Source: Candidatus Iainarchaeum sp. (lineage in GTDB: Archaea > Iainarchaeota > Iainarchaeia > Iainarchaeales > GCA-2688035). Taken from it: a DNA stretch of 64,000 nucleotides. The position numbers were made by a program, and so were the translations under genes. Position 1 is the stretch's first letter; each line of letters starts with the position of its first letter. A model generated the notes under the pieces. It was not told the origin of the DNA. It did no database searches and worked only from the letters and a program-made list of their open reading frames with translations. Shown in pieces: positions 8,775-18,561 of the stretch. Location: positions 58,220 through 122,219 of the forward strand of contig JAFCCL010000004.1 in the NCBI GenBank assembly GCA_017610205.1, in the 5' to 3' direction.

Positions 8775-9923
8775 TCAACAATTGCAGGCTACTCCAACAT
8801 TTGAAGAAAAGCGATTGCACTCAGTGCAAATTTCACTAGGACTTAAGGCACGGTTGTAAATTTTAGACTCATCAATGAACCCACTGAAATACTCGCCATC
8901 AGATGCTATGGTTTTTCCAATAAGTAAAGGGTGTAATGGATATGATGAGTTAGTAGATATACCGTCACTGCAGGGAATCGCTGTAGAAAGACTTAGTTCC
9001 TCTCCATTTTTATAAAAGTGAATAAGGTTATCTCCTGCATCGTCAAAAGTCATTGCAACAAAATACCAGCTATTTGGTTCAAAACCTGCGCCGTTAGATG
9101 TGCTTGTTGCAGATACTGTATTACAGTACACATAACCTCTTAGTTCAGTCGTTGTTAGGAAAAAAAAATTATTCCAGCTATTCTTTGCAAAAATTGAGTT
9201 ATAGGCTTTAAGGGAAGTTGGCTTAATCCAAGCAGTGTAAGTGAAAGCGTTTAAGTTGTCCAACCTGCCATTTGCAGGCGGTATGTCAGGGTCACAAGTT
9301 GTGCCATTACATTCAACATATTGAGTTAAGCCGTTAAATTGAAGGCATTTTCCATGTGGGCAATCTGAAACAAATGTTGGACTGCCAAAGGTGATAGCAT
9401 GAAGTTTGTTTCCACTACCATCTTTAGCATTTTCTTCAAAACCGTAGGATGCAATAAGCCCGGTAATTCCTCCTGAACCGCTGACTATGCTTGTATTCAT
9501 CTGCAAACCAATTGCATCCAAATAAGCTATTTCTATAATGCCATTTTCACCATTGTTTGACATAGTTATGCCCTCTAAATGTAACAAACCGCCTGCATTC
9601 ACGTTAACAGGAAAATCACTTGCCTCATCCAAAACTTGATTATTAAACTTAAACTTAGGACTGTCACCAAAATCACCTGAAAAAGTAATTGCGTTAATTA
9701 AAATCTTGCCACCTGTAATATTCTGCATCACTATATCAATATCATTTCCAGAAATGGTACTTCCCTTGAATAAAATCTTTGCAGGGTCAGAAGAATGAAA
9801 AATGGTTGTTTCACTAGGAGTACCTACAACAAAAACAAATACACTTACAACAGATGCTATTAGTATTAATGCCCAGCCATAAGTCATCAAATACTCCAAA
9901 GAAGCTTGAGCTTTGTTGTGCAT
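8775..9923 (-). CDS. Type IV pilin-like protein with C-terminal LamG domain
   Basis: Class III signal KA|QASLEYLMTYGWAL. LamG motifs LIASYGFE..KDGSGN, FTYTAWIKP, WYFVAMTFD and FSGFIDESKIYNRALS. Confidence 0.88.
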   Translation of the reverse strand: MHNKAQASLEYLMTYGWALILIASVVSVFVFVVGTPSETTIFHSSDPAKILFKGSTISGNDIDIVMQNITGGKILINAITFSGDFGDSPKFKFNNQVLDEASDFPVNVNAGGLLHLEGITMSNNGENGIIEIAYLDAIGLQMNTSIVSGSGGITGLIASYGFEENAKDGSGNKLHAITFGSPTFVSDCPHGKCLQFNGLTQYVECNGTTCDPDIPPANGRLDNLNAFTYTAWIKPTSLKAYNSIFAKNSWNNFFFLTTTELRGYVYCNTVSATSTSNGAGFEPNSWYFVAMTFDDAGDNLIHFYKNGEELSLSTAIPCSDGISTNSSYPLHPLLIGKTIASDGEYFSGFIDESKIYNRALSPSEICTECNRFSSNVGVACNC

Positions 9924-9958
9924 TGAAAAATAAAGGAGCAATCAAGTATTTAATTCTG

Positions 9959-11158
9959 TCATTTAAGATATTTTAGCATTACTTTTGCAAGCTTTGGGTG
10001 CTTTACAAGCTTTTTGATAACCATTTTCGCAGAAGACTTTAAGTCGCCTTCCGCAATAAGCATTATGTCTGAACCGGAAATGCTTTTTGCAAGTGTTTCA
10101 AAATTGTTGTCGTTTAATTCCTCCAGCATATGCCTTTGCTTTAGAATCCTTTTCAGTTTGTTGCCTCTTGTTTCATACCATTGAACAGTATACTGGTTTA
10201 GAAATTTGCTTCCAAAATTCTTTTCCGCAATTGCTTTTAGGGCAATTCCTGAAGCAATTGTTGCAGCCTCCATTGCAATTCCGATTCCTCCGCCATGAAT
10301 TGGATTTACCTGATGGGCTGCGTCTCCTACAACAAGCAAATTGTCTGCAGCCAGCTCGTCCAAAAATCCTCCAACAGGAATTGTTCCTGCATTTACCTCA
10401 ATAATGCTTCCGTTTCTAAGTCCAGGGTGTGCTTTGACAAACTTGTCAAGGTATTCCTTTGCAGTTTTTGGCTCCGAACCGGCAATTCCAATTCCAACAT
10501 TTGCACAATTTTTGCCTTTTGGAAATAACCAAAGATACCCCCTTGGCGCTATTTCCTTTCCGAAGAAAAAGTGAATGAAGTGAGGGTTTTCAAAAGAAAT
10601 GTTTGCCATTTCATACTGGTAACCTGAATCAATGTCATTCAAACCAATTTTGGTGTCAAAGCCAAGTTTTCTTGCAGTAAGACTTTCTGTTCCGTCAGCC
10701 GCAATAATTAATGGAGTAGCATATTTCACATTCTCACCTTGCTCTGCACAGCTTACAATTACTTTTCCGCCCTTTCTTTCAAAATCGGAAGCGTGACATT
10801 TTGTTCTAATCATTGCACCTTTGCTGGCTGCTTCTTTTGCAAGCTCTTTTTCAAAAACCCTTCGTTCAATTATATAGCCTGAAACTTTTTTGAAATCAAT
10901 TTTAACGCTTTTCATACTGGGGGCATATAAAGCTGCGCCATTTATGCTTTGAAGGCACCATTTGTTGTCAGGCTTTAATCCAAGCCTTTCCATCCAGCTT
11001 AAACCAAAGCCCTCTCCGCATCTTTTTGGAACGCCAATTTCCTGCTTTTTGTCAATGCACAAAACCTTGGCTTTTCCTTCAGCCAAAACCTTTGCAGCAC
11101 GCAGGCCAGCAGGACCTGCTCCAATAATTATTACGTCAAATTCCTGCATAAAATTCAC
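9959..11158 (-). CDS. Geranylgeranyl reductase family (digeranylgeranylglycerophospholipid reductase-like)
   Basis: GAGPAG FAD motif, PKRCGEG, IAADG, GYLWLFPKG..ANVGIG and VGDAAHQVNPIHGGGI. Confidence 0.92.
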   Translation of the reverse strand: MNFMQEFDVIIIGAGPAGLRAAKVLAEGKAKVLCIDKKQEIGVPKRCGEGFGLSWMERLGLKPDNKWCLQSINGAALYAPSMKSVKIDFKKVSGYIIERRVFEKELAKEAASKGAMIRTKCHASDFERKGGKVIVSCAEQGENVKYATPLIIAADGTESLTARKLGFDTKIGLNDIDSGYQYEMANISFENPHFIHFFFGKEIAPRGYLWLFPKGKNCANVGIGIAGSEPKTAKEYLDKFVKAHPGLRNGSIIEVNAGTIPVGGFLDELAADNLLVVGDAAHQVNPIHGGGIGIAMEAATIASGIALKAIAEKNFGSKFLNQYTVQWYETRGNKLKRILKQRHMLEELNDNNFETLAKSISGSDIMLIAEGDLKSSAKMVIKKLVKHPKLAKVMLKYLK

Positions 11159-11358
11159 TTCTTTTGTTCTTTTTTTATTTTTTCCGAAAGCATTTCGCCT
11201 CCAACAGCCCAGTTTTCAACAGGATTGTCATTGAAAACTATTGTAACCCATTCCTTTGGAATGTTGTTTTCCTCAAAAGCCTTGTACAATGACATAACAA
11301 GCTTTTCCTTTTGTTCTGCAGTCTTTCCTTCCAGCAAATCAATTTTTACAACCGGCAT
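11155..11358 (-). CDS. 4-oxalocrotonate tautomerase family protein
   Basis: N-terminal catalytic Pro (MPVVKI), G.T.EQK..L and NWAVGG. SD GAGGTGA upstream. Confidence 0.9.
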   Translation of the reverse strand: MPVVKIDLLEGKTAEQKEKLVMSLYKAFEENNIPKEWVTIVFNDNPVENWAVGGEMLSEKIKKEQKK

Positions 11359-11364
11359 TTTTAA

Positions 11365-11541
11365 TCACCTCTTAATACTCATTGCGCCAACAGGGCATAC
11401 CTTTACGCAGGCACCGCAATTTGTGCACTTTTCCTTGTCTATAACAACTATTCCATCAATTAGCTCTATTGCCCCAACAGGGCAAACAATGGGACAGCCT
11501 GCACAATAACAGCACTTGTTTCGGTCATTTACAGCAGTCAT
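11365..11541 (-). CDS. 2[4Fe-4S] ferredoxin (58 aa)
   Basis: Not in the ORF track. Manual translation MTAVNDRNKCCYCAGCPIVCPVGAI...KCTNCGACVKVCPVGAMSIKR has two CxxCxxCxxxCP motifs. Confidence 0.93.
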   Translation of the reverse strand: MTAVNDRNKCCYCAGCPIVCPVGAIELIDGIVVIDKEKCTNCGACVKVCPVGAMSIKR

Positions 11542-11614
11542 AGTCTTTAACTCTTTAAAAAAAATAGGTTAATAAACATTTTAAACCATTGTTTTTTGTA
11601 TAGGTGAAAGAAAA

Positions 11615-11821
11615 ATGTGTCTGGCAATAGCTGCAAAAGTGATTGAATTAAGGAACGATGGCAAAAAAGCTGTTGTGGAACAGGGTGAAACAAGGAGAGA
11701 AGTCCTTAATATGGCAAAGGCAGAAAAAGGCCAGTATGTTCTCGTTCAACAGGGTTTTGCCGTTGAAAAAATTTCAGAAAAAGAAGCAAGGGAAACTTTT
11801 GAGGCGCTTGCAGATGACTAA
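11615..11821 (+). CDS. hypC: HypC/HybG/HupF family hydrogenase chaperone
   Basis: N-terminal MCLAIA and GQYVLVQQGFA. The usual His of LVHxG is Gln here. Confidence 0.85.
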   Translation: MCLAIAAKVIELRNDGKKAVVEQGETRREVLNMAKAEKGQYVLVQQGFAVEKISEKEARETFEALADD

Positions 11822-11972
11822 GCCAAGGAAATTAAAGAAATTGGACAAAAGAAAACCAATACCAGTAGTAGTTAAAAGGAAGAAAAGAATACATCCAACA
11901 ATAGGTAAAATGGCTAGGCAGATATACAAAAAAGGACAAAAGCCTGGTCAAAATATGGATTTCACAGCCTGA
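11814..11972 (+). CDS. Possible small basic protein (52 aa)
   Basis: ATG overlaps the hypC end. Lys/Arg-rich ORF filling the gap to the convergent gene; no motif recognised. Confidence 0.35.
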   Translation: MTKPRKLKKLDKRKPIPVVVKRKKRIHPTIGKMARQIYKKGQKPGQNMDFTA

Positions 11973-12678
11973 TTGCTTCAAGGGTTGCCTTTGTATATTT
12001 TTCCAGGCGCTTTAATTCGTCTTCTGAAATTTGTTCAACAACATTGTTCCAATGCACTGACACAAGTTCACCTGGAGCAAGTTTCAAACCAAAAGAATTT
12101 TGCAGTGTTTTTTCTTTTTCCCTAAGCTTTAATTCACCTGATTCTGAAAAAAGCTCAATTCCTTTTGCCCTGATTCCTTTAGGTGTTTCCTCAAGCACTT
12201 TTGCCCACTGCACAAGGCAGCTTGAAAGGTTTTTCACAATAGGATCTACTTTTTGTGAAATAAAATTTACGTAAAGGACATGCATGCTGTGATGTGGAAT
12301 TATTCCATCTGGAAGCTCTTTTGCTTTTTTTTTCGCAATGCTGTGTGGCAAGCCAAAATGCTGAAAGGAAAGAATTGTTTTTTGAATTTCTCTAAAAGAA
12401 ACATTTTCAAGCAAGGAATTGCCAATCCAATAGGCTTCAATTACTTCAGAATCAAATGGCTGCAGATTGTTTTCGGTTGCAATCAGTTCAAGGTAAGGAA
12501 ATAATGCTGTGAAATGCGTTAGTTGTTCTTTTGCGATTTCTGCACTTTCTTCAGCCGGATTTGAAATGAATTCTTGAAGCAATTTCCGGCTTTCAACAGG
12601 ACCACAGTAGCCAAGTTTGTTTGGAGGAATTGAGTAAAAGCAGGCTCTTTTTAATGCATTAATTTCTTCTTGGGACAA
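11962..12678 (-). CDS. DUF6390-like protein (hydrogenase-cluster associated)
   Basis: PPNKLGYCGP, PYLELIA, VIEAYWIGNSLL, PHHSMHV and GELVSVHW. Confidence 0.8.
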   Translation of the reverse strand: MSQEEINALKRACFYSIPPNKLGYCGPVESRKLLQEFISNPAEESAEIAKEQLTHFTALFPYLELIATENNLQPFDSEVIEAYWIGNSLLENVSFREIQKTILSFQHFGLPHSIAKKKAKELPDGIIPHHSMHVLYVNFISQKVDPIVKNLSSCLVQWAKVLEETPKGIRAKGIELFSESGELKLREKEKTLQNSFGLKLAPGELVSVHWNNVVEQISEDELKRLEKYTKATLEAIRL

Positions 12679-13573
12679 TTGAAGGACCTTTTATTTTGCT
12701 TGCATGCAGGAAAAAGCCAACACCGAAGAGAAGGAAAACTCCCGAAATTATCAGCAGGAAGCCGAATCCTTGCTGGATTGAAACCTGTTTTCCAAGAAAG
12801 GCAAAGGAAAGGAGGGCTGTAATTGGCTGTGCAAGAAGCAGTACAGCTGTTGCTTTGTGAACTGGCAGGCGCTTCAAGCCGGAATAGAATGTGAAAACAA
12901 AGGCAAGGAGGAAGGCTGAAGAAATCAAAACCCATTGAATTTGCTGCATTGAAAGCACAAGAATTGAAACTCTCTGGCCTGTGAATGCAAGAAATGCAAG
13001 AATGAAAATGCTTCCGAAAAACATTCTTCCAAATGCAACAATTGTTCCGCTTAAATCTTTTAGTACATGCTTTGATAAGGTGTTTTCTGCAGCCCAAAGA
13101 ATGGTCGCGATTAAGATAAGCAACTCAGGCAAACCAAAAGCGTTGATGTTAAAAAGCAGAAAATTTCCTGCAAGCAAAAGCAATGCAGCTGCAATGAATT
13201 TTTTGTCAAGTTTTTCCTTTAAAAAGAAAAAGGCAAAAATCGAGGCCCAAAGGAAAAGGGTTTTGTGCAAAAAACCTGCGTTTAATGCGTTTGTAAGATT
13301 TAATGCATAAAAGAACAAAAGAAAGGGGATTGAACCGCCTATTAAGCCAATTGCTGCAAGCTGGCCAGCCTGCTTTTTTGAAATGGTTTTGATTGCCTTA
13401 AAGTCTTTGAGCAAAATGATTATTGAGAAAAGGAAAACTGCCACAACAGCGGTTTTGAGAAACGTAAATGTAAAAGTGTTAAAGCCCTGGACTGCAAAGC
13501 TGTTTGCAAAAATGCTTACCCCGCTAACAAGTGCAGTAAGCAATACAAGGATAAAACCAGTTCTTTGGCTCAT
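12659..13573 (-). CDS. EamA/DMT family transporter
   Basis: About 10 TM helices in two repeats, with FLKEKL and LLLAQPITA motifs. Confidence 0.9.
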   Translation of the reverse strand: MSQRTGFILVLLTALVSGVSIFANSFAVQGFNTFTFTFLKTAVVAVFLFSIIILLKDFKAIKTISKKQAGQLAAIGLIGGSIPFLLFFYALNLTNALNAGFLHKTLFLWASIFAFFFLKEKLDKKFIAAALLLLAGNFLLFNINAFGLPELLILIATILWAAENTLSKHVLKDLSGTIVAFGRMFFGSIFILAFLAFTGQRVSILVLSMQQIQWVLISSAFLLAFVFTFYSGLKRLPVHKATAVLLLAQPITALLSFAFLGKQVSIQQGFGFLLIISGVFLLFGVGFFLHASKIKGPSIVPRRN

Positions 13574-13623
13574 GGTAAGGATTAAAGGCTTAAAGGATTA
13601 AAAAGGTAAGTAAGTGAAGACCG

Positions 13624-13998
13624 GTGGCAAAAATTTTTGTTTTTGGAAATGAATTGGTTGAAAAAGACAGCCTTGCATTAAAGGTTGCAAAAAAGCTGAA
13701 AGGAAAGATTAAAGGAATTGAATTTGAAGCGGTTGAGTCATTGGACACAATAAAAAAAAGGCAAGACTTATACATAATGGATGTTGCTGTTGGTTTGGAA
13801 AAAGTGCAATTGATTGAGGATTTGAATAAACTGCAAACAAAGCAGCCTGTTTCAGGGCATGATTTTGATTTGGCAATGGAATTGAAGCTTTTGCGGAAAA
13901 TCGGAGAATTGGGCAAGGTTAGAATAATTGCGATTCCGGCAGAGTACGAGTTAAAAAATGCTGTTGGAGAAGTTAAAACATTAATTGAATCAAATTAG
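13624..13998 (+). CDS. Divergent hydrogenase maturation protease-like protein
   Basis: IFVFGNEL..KDS, IMDVA and SGHDF resemble the HycI/HyaD GN..D, D and H motifs. Next to the hydrogenase genes. Confidence 0.7.
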   Translation: MAKIFVFGNELVEKDSLALKVAKKLKGKIKGIEFEAVESLDTIKKRQDLYIMDVAVGLEKVQLIEDLNKLQTKQPVSGHDFDLAMELKLLRKIGELGKVRIIAIPAEYELKNAVGEVKTLIESN

Positions 13999-14139
13999 CA
14001 GTTGCAGGTGACAACAGGATTGGAAGCGTAACGCTTGCACTTGTTGCAGATTTCTCTTTTAGCCAAATCCCTGCCTGTCGCTGTTGTCTGCTACACTTCT
14101 ATCTAATGAATATGACACAGAAAGTCCTGCTATTTCTAG
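13995..14139 (-). pseudogene. Remnant of a deleted LamG domain and Cys tail belonging to the upstream pilin
   Basis: Past the TAA the frame reads LEIAGLSVSYSLDRSVADNS (cf. ITGLIASYGFEENAKDGS). Another frame then reads REICNKCKRYASNPVVTCNC* (cf. SEICTECNRFSSNVGVACNC* of 8775-9923). Confidence 0.75.
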
Positions 14140-14598
14140 TTAATTAGCACTACAACTTATCTTAACACTCCTGTTAAGTCCGTCGGCATCAGTGTAATCA
14201 ATTTCCATTGCACCACCTGTGCTGCAGTTGTCTGAAAGATTAATGTTTTCAAAACGCATTTCATCACCTGTGCCAACAGTTATTGGAAATGAGGATAGGC
14301 TTTCAGCATTTAGAAGACCGGAAGATGAACCATCCAAGCCCCCAAAAAAAGAAATTGACTTTATAGAAATTCTTCCACCTGTTAAATTCTTCAAAACTGC
14401 AGACAATTTGCTGGATGAATCAATACTTACCCCTTTAACAGGAAATATTGTAGGGTCGGAAGAAGAAAAAGTTACTTCCGGTATTGGGGCGTCTGCTACA
14501 AAAACAAGTATGCCTATAACGCCTGCTATTATTACCAATGCAAATCCATAAATCATCAAATATTCCAAAGAAGCCTGTGCTTTTCTTGATGAAAACAT
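14140..14598 (-). CDS. Type IV pilin-like protein (truncated paralog of 8775-9923)
   Basis: RKA|QASLEYLMIYGFAL, with shared SSSDP, NLTGG and IDYTD..GL motifs. Confidence 0.85.
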   Translation of the reverse strand: MFSSRKAQASLEYLMIYGFALVIIAGVIGILVFVADAPIPEVTFSSSDPTIFPVKGVSIDSSSKLSAVLKNLTGGRISIKSISFFGGLDGSSSGLLNAESLSSFPITVGTGDEMRFENINLSDNCSTGGAMEIDYTDADGLNRSVKISCSAN

Positions 14599-14641
14599 AT
14601 GTAGGGAATAAGTGTTTTTTTATTAAAAATGGTTTGCATTT

Positions 14642-15943
14642 TTATAAATTATATTTTGCATTTTTCCAATTAACTTTTAGAAAATGTGTTGCACAACTTA
14701 TGCAGGGGTCATAAGCGCGAACAATCTTTTCTATTTCCAAATTTGCCTTTTCCTGTTGCAAATCCAAAAGAGTTGGAATGAATTCGGCAAGGTCTTCTTC
14801 AATTGGGTGGTTGTTTTGGTTTGTTGGAACAACAATGTTTGCCTTTTTTACAAAACCTTTTTCGTCAAAAGAATACTGGTGGTAAAGTGTTCCTCTTGGA
14901 GCCTCGGTTACACCAATTCCAAAAGCCTCTTTTGGCTTAATTTTCTGCATTTCCTCCTTTTCAAGCTTCAGTTCTTTAATCAGCCTAATGCTTGAATCAA
15001 TTAAGTGAAGCAATTCAATTGCCTGTGCAATATTGTTGTAATAAATTTTGTCACTTGGAAATCTTAAGCCAAGGCCTTTGATAATGTCCTGTGCTGCAGG
15101 CTCAAGCGCTTTTTGGTTTAGGTTAATTCTTGCAAGTGAACCAACTCTGAAAGATTTTCCTTCAAAACTTGTTTGCGCAGCATTGCTGTAGGGGACAATA
15201 AATTCTTCAACATGCTTTAGCATATCTTCTTCTTCAATAACCAGTCCTGAAGCAAAATGAAGCTTTCCTTTGACAAAACTGTAGTTTGAATCAACAAGTG
15301 CCAGGTAATCTGTTTTTCTTTCAAAAGAAAGCTTTTCTGAAAATGAAGCAAAAAGTTTTATTGCATTAATTGCTGTTTTCCTTTCATTTTCAAGCAATGG
15401 AAGGCATTTGTCAAGCTGGCTTTTTTTTGGAAGAGTTGTAAAGCCACCTGGCCTTATGCTAACAGTTTGATAAATTCGCCCTCCCAAAAGCTTTATAATG
15501 TCAGTGCCTGACTTTTTTAGGCTAAGCCCCCAGTGAAGAAACTTGTTTTCTTCTTTGTTGAATTCAAGAACGGATTCCCTTCCAAGATAGTCCGGCAGGG
15601 CAAGGAAGAACAGGTGAAGTGCATGGCTTTTTAGAAATTCTCCGTTTGTTGCAAGGTCTCTAAGAATGTTTGTTTGCCTGCTTGCCTCAATGCCAAACGC
15701 ATTTTCAACCGCTTCAATTGAAGTGTTTAAATGGCTTACATTGCATAGCCCGCAGATTCTTGAAACAATCAGCGGAACCTGTGAAAAATGCCTTCCTTTA
15801 AGCATGTCTTCAAAAAACCTCTGCCCTTCATAAATTTTCAACTCGCATTTTTCAACCACGCCGTCTTTTAATTCAACATCAAGGTTTGCATGCCCTTCAA
15901 TTTTTGTAATTTCCTTTATTGAAAAATTGCATGTTTTGCGCAT
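14642..15943 (-). CDS. hydA: Group 3b [NiFe]-hydrogenase large (alpha) subunit
   Basis: TKIEGH, L1 SRICGLCNVSH, EAPRGTLYH and L2 RAYDPCISCATH, plus a cleavable C-terminal extension. Confidence 0.95.
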   Translation of the reverse strand: MRKTCNFSIKEITKIEGHANLDVELKDGVVEKCELKIYEGQRFFEDMLKGRHFSQVPLIVSRICGLCNVSHLNTSIEAVENAFGIEASRQTNILRDLATNGEFLKSHALHLFFLALPDYLGRESVLEFNKEENKFLHWGLSLKKSGTDIIKLLGGRIYQTVSIRPGGFTTLPKKSQLDKCLPLLENERKTAINAIKLFASFSEKLSFERKTDYLALVDSNYSFVKGKLHFASGLVIEEEDMLKHVEEFIVPYSNAAQTSFEGKSFRVGSLARINLNQKALEPAAQDIIKGLGLRFPSDKIYYNNIAQAIELLHLIDSSIRLIKELKLEKEEMQKIKPKEAFGIGVTEAPRGTLYHQYSFDEKGFVKKANIVVPTNQNNHPIEEDLAEFIPTLLDLQQEKANLEIEKIVRAYDPCISCATHFLKVNWKNAKYNL

Positions 15944-16711
15944 TCAGTTTTCACCCCTTAAATGACGCAATTCTTTTGGCAGTTGATTAAAATAGGTGAA
16001 AAAATTGTATCTTTCCTTTTTGCCGGAATCCATTTCTTTAAGCAAATTGTCCAATGACTTAAAATTGGCGTCTTTTGTAAAGCCCCTGCAGCCAATGCAT
16101 TGCACGTTCTGGCTTGGGCAGAGTGCATCACAACCTGCGTAGGTTACCGGGCCAAGGCATGGAATTCCTTTTAACAAAAGGCAGGAATTTCCTTTTAGTT
16201 TGCATTCAAAACACACAGGAACCTCTTCAAGCCTTGGAATAACACCGTGCAATACTTTGTTCAAAAAGTCAAGGAATTCAAGCTCGTTGACTGAACAGCC
16301 GTTAAGAATGTAGTCCACTTTTACAAAGGCTGACAAAGGACTTGCCTTTTCTTTAACAGGGGTTATTGCCTTTTGCCTTATTCTTTCCTGAAGCTCTTTA
16401 GGCAAAGCATTCCTAATACCGTTTATTCCAGCAGTTGCAGCGCAGGAACCAAGTGCCACAAGAAAACCTGTTTTTTCACGAATATAATTCAGCTTGTTAA
16501 GATCGTGCTTGCTTATTACACTTCCTTCAACAAATGCTATATCAAGCTTTAATGCCTCTGGCTTTATTTTTTCCATCAAAACACGGGATTCGACTATTTC
16601 AAGGTAATCAAATGCCTTGAGCAATTTTTCCTCAAGGTCAAGAACGGCAAACTCACAGCCTTCACAGCAGGTAAGTGAAAAAAATCCAACCTTAACTTTT
16701 TTTGCAGACAT
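15944..16711 (-). CDS. hydD: Group 3b [NiFe]-hydrogenase small (delta) subunit
   Basis: LTCCEGC, EGSV, ALGSCA, GC, VCFEC, CLGPVT.AGC.A.CP and CIGCRG. Confidence 0.93.
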   Translation of the reverse strand: MSAKKVKVGFFSLTCCEGCEFAVLDLEEKLLKAFDYLEIVESRVLMEKIKPEALKLDIAFVEGSVISKHDLNKLNYIREKTGFLVALGSCAATAGINGIRNALPKELQERIRQKAITPVKEKASPLSAFVKVDYILNGCSVNELEFLDFLNKVLHGVIPRLEEVPVCFECKLKGNSCLLLKGIPCLGPVTYAGCDALCPSQNVQCIGCRGFTKDANFKSLDNLLKEMDSGKKERYNFFTYFNQLPKELRHLRGEN

Positions 16712-16714
16712 TTT

Positions 16715-17542
16715 TTAATCCTCTTTTACAGGCAGTTTATTCAAATCTTTTGCATTAAAAACCGGCCCGTCAATACAGGTATACTTGTTTCCAATATTGC
16801 AGTGGCTGCAATAGCCTACACCGCATTGCATTAGCCTCTCCAAAGACGCAAACATCTGCTCATCCTTAAAACCTTTTTTTCTCAATTCAATTAAAGAAAA
16901 GTGAATCATTACAGACGGACCGCACATCATTACAACTGTGTTCTTAGAAGGAAGTTCAACATGTTTGAAAAGGGCTGTTACAAGACCGACATTTCCTTTC
17001 CAGGTTTTGTTTGGATTGTCAACTGTTGAAAGCACTTGGAAATCTTCCTTTTGCCATTGCTTCAGTTCCTCGTCAAATAAAACATTTTCAGGAGCTTTGC
17101 ATCCGAATAAAACAGAAACCTTGCCAAACTCGCTTTTCTTTTCCCGAACAGCATAAATTGCACTCCTTAAAGGTGCAAGCCCACAGCCTCCGCTTACAAA
17201 CAGGATGTTTTTTTTTCTGAATTTTTGCAAAGGAAAACTGTTTCCAAAAGGGCCTCTTAACCCAATTTTGTTTCCTTTTTTGAGCTTGTGCAGTGCATTT
17301 GTGACATTGCCAACATTTACAATGGTAAAGTTTATTGAATTGGTTTTGTAGGGAGAGGAAGAAATGCTTATTGGAATTTCTCCAAATCCAAAAACGCTTA
17401 CCATCATAAACTGGCCTGGCCTGAATTTGAATTTTTTCTGAAGATTTTTGTCAGAAAATTCAACTTCAAAAGTTTTTGTGTCAGAAGTATCCTGTGAAAC
17501 CGAAAGTATTTCAGCAACATTTGGCTTTTCAGGAATAATCAT
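16715..17542 (-). CDS. hydG: Group 3b hydrogenase gamma subunit (FAD/NAD(P)-binding)
   Basis: PGQFMM, GEIPISISS, LRGPFGN, GGCGLAPLRS, CGP and ERLMQCGVGYCSHC...CIDGPVF. Confidence 0.93.
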   Translation of the reverse strand: MIIPEKPNVAEILSVSQDTSDTKTFEVEFSDKNLQKKFKFRPGQFMMVSVFGFGEIPISISSSPYKTNSINFTIVNVGNVTNALHKLKKGNKIGLRGPFGNSFPLQKFRKKNILFVSGGCGLAPLRSAIYAVREKKSEFGKVSVLFGCKAPENVLFDEELKQWQKEDFQVLSTVDNPNKTWKGNVGLVTALFKHVELPSKNTVVMMCGPSVMIHFSLIELRKKGFKDEQMFASLERLMQCGVGYCSHCNIGNKYTCIDGPVFNAKDLNKLPVKED

Positions 17543-18558
17543 TTTTTAGCCCCCAAACCATGTTTTTGAATCTTGTTTGCAATTTCAACAAGGCTTATTT
17601 TAACAGGACAAACAGTAATGCATCTGCCACAGCCAATACACAAATGCACACCGTATTGTTCCCTGTAATAGGAAAGCTTGTGCAAAACAAACTGCCTTAA
17701 CCTTCCTTCTCTTGAAGGCCTAAAGACATGGTTTCCTGCAACCTCTGTAAAGCGTTTGAGTTGGCAACTGTCCAAAAATCTGAATCTTTCACTTTCAGTG
17801 TCTGAACCAAAAACAAATTCGTCTTTTGTAGTATAGCAATAGCAGGTTGGGCAGCTTTGAGTGCAGGAAGTGCAACTAAGACAGCGTTCTGATTCCTCTT
17901 TCCAAACAGGATGGTTAAAATTAGCATAAAGGTTTTCTTCAATGTCTTCGGTGTCAAGTGAATTTTTGCAGGAAATGTCAGCGGAAGGAAGTGCATCACT
18001 TGTATGTCTGAAAAATTTGCTGTCAATTAATTCCTTTCCTTTTTCAGTTTCCACTTTTACAAAAAAATCCGAGCCCCTTTCAAAAAATAAAAGATCGTGG
18101 CCTGTTGCCTGCGATGTACCAAGGCTTGTGCAAAATCCATTTTCGCATGCTTTGGAACATTGTAATGCAATTACCACTGTATTTTTGCGCCTAATGCTGT
18201 AAAATCGGTCTTCTCCAAAAAATTTTATAAAAAGTACGTCAAGCGCATGCAATGCATGTGTTTCACAAGGCCTTATTCCAAAAATAACACGCTTTGCAGT
18301 GTCAAAACAAGGTTCAACATTAAAGGAAGAATTCTTTTTCTTAAAGGAAAACATTTTTTCCTTTGCAGGTCTGAAGAATTCTTTTGCAGAAAAATCAGTT
18401 CTTGTTTCAAGAAAAAGTTCCTGTCCGCTATATTGCTGAAAGCAGGTTGCATCTGTTTTGTTTTTTGCCGGAACAATAACCTGGTCAAACTTTTTTTGAA
18501 GAAATTCGAGAAATTTTGGCAGGTCTTCTTTTTTTATGATATAATTCATGCTGTTCAC
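17539..18558 (-). CDS. hydB: Group 3b hydrogenase beta subunit (Fe-S)
   Basis: FGIRPCE, FCTS, RCLSCTSCTQSCPTCYC and CIGCGRCITVCP. Confidence 0.93.
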   Translation of the reverse strand: MNSMNYIIKKEDLPKFLEFLQKKFDQVIVPAKNKTDATCFQQYSGQELFLETRTDFSAKEFFRPAKEKMFSFKKKNSSFNVEPCFDTAKRVIFGIRPCETHALHALDVLFIKFFGEDRFYSIRRKNTVVIALQCSKACENGFCTSLGTSQATGHDLLFFERGSDFFVKVETEKGKELIDSKFFRHTSDALPSADISCKNSLDTEDIEENLYANFNHPVWKEESERCLSCTSCTQSCPTCYCYTTKDEFVFGSDTESERFRFLDSCQLKRFTEVAGNHVFRPSREGRLRQFVLHKLSYYREQYGVHLCIGCGRCITVCPVKISLVEIANKIQKHGLGAKK

Positions 18559-18561
18559 AAA

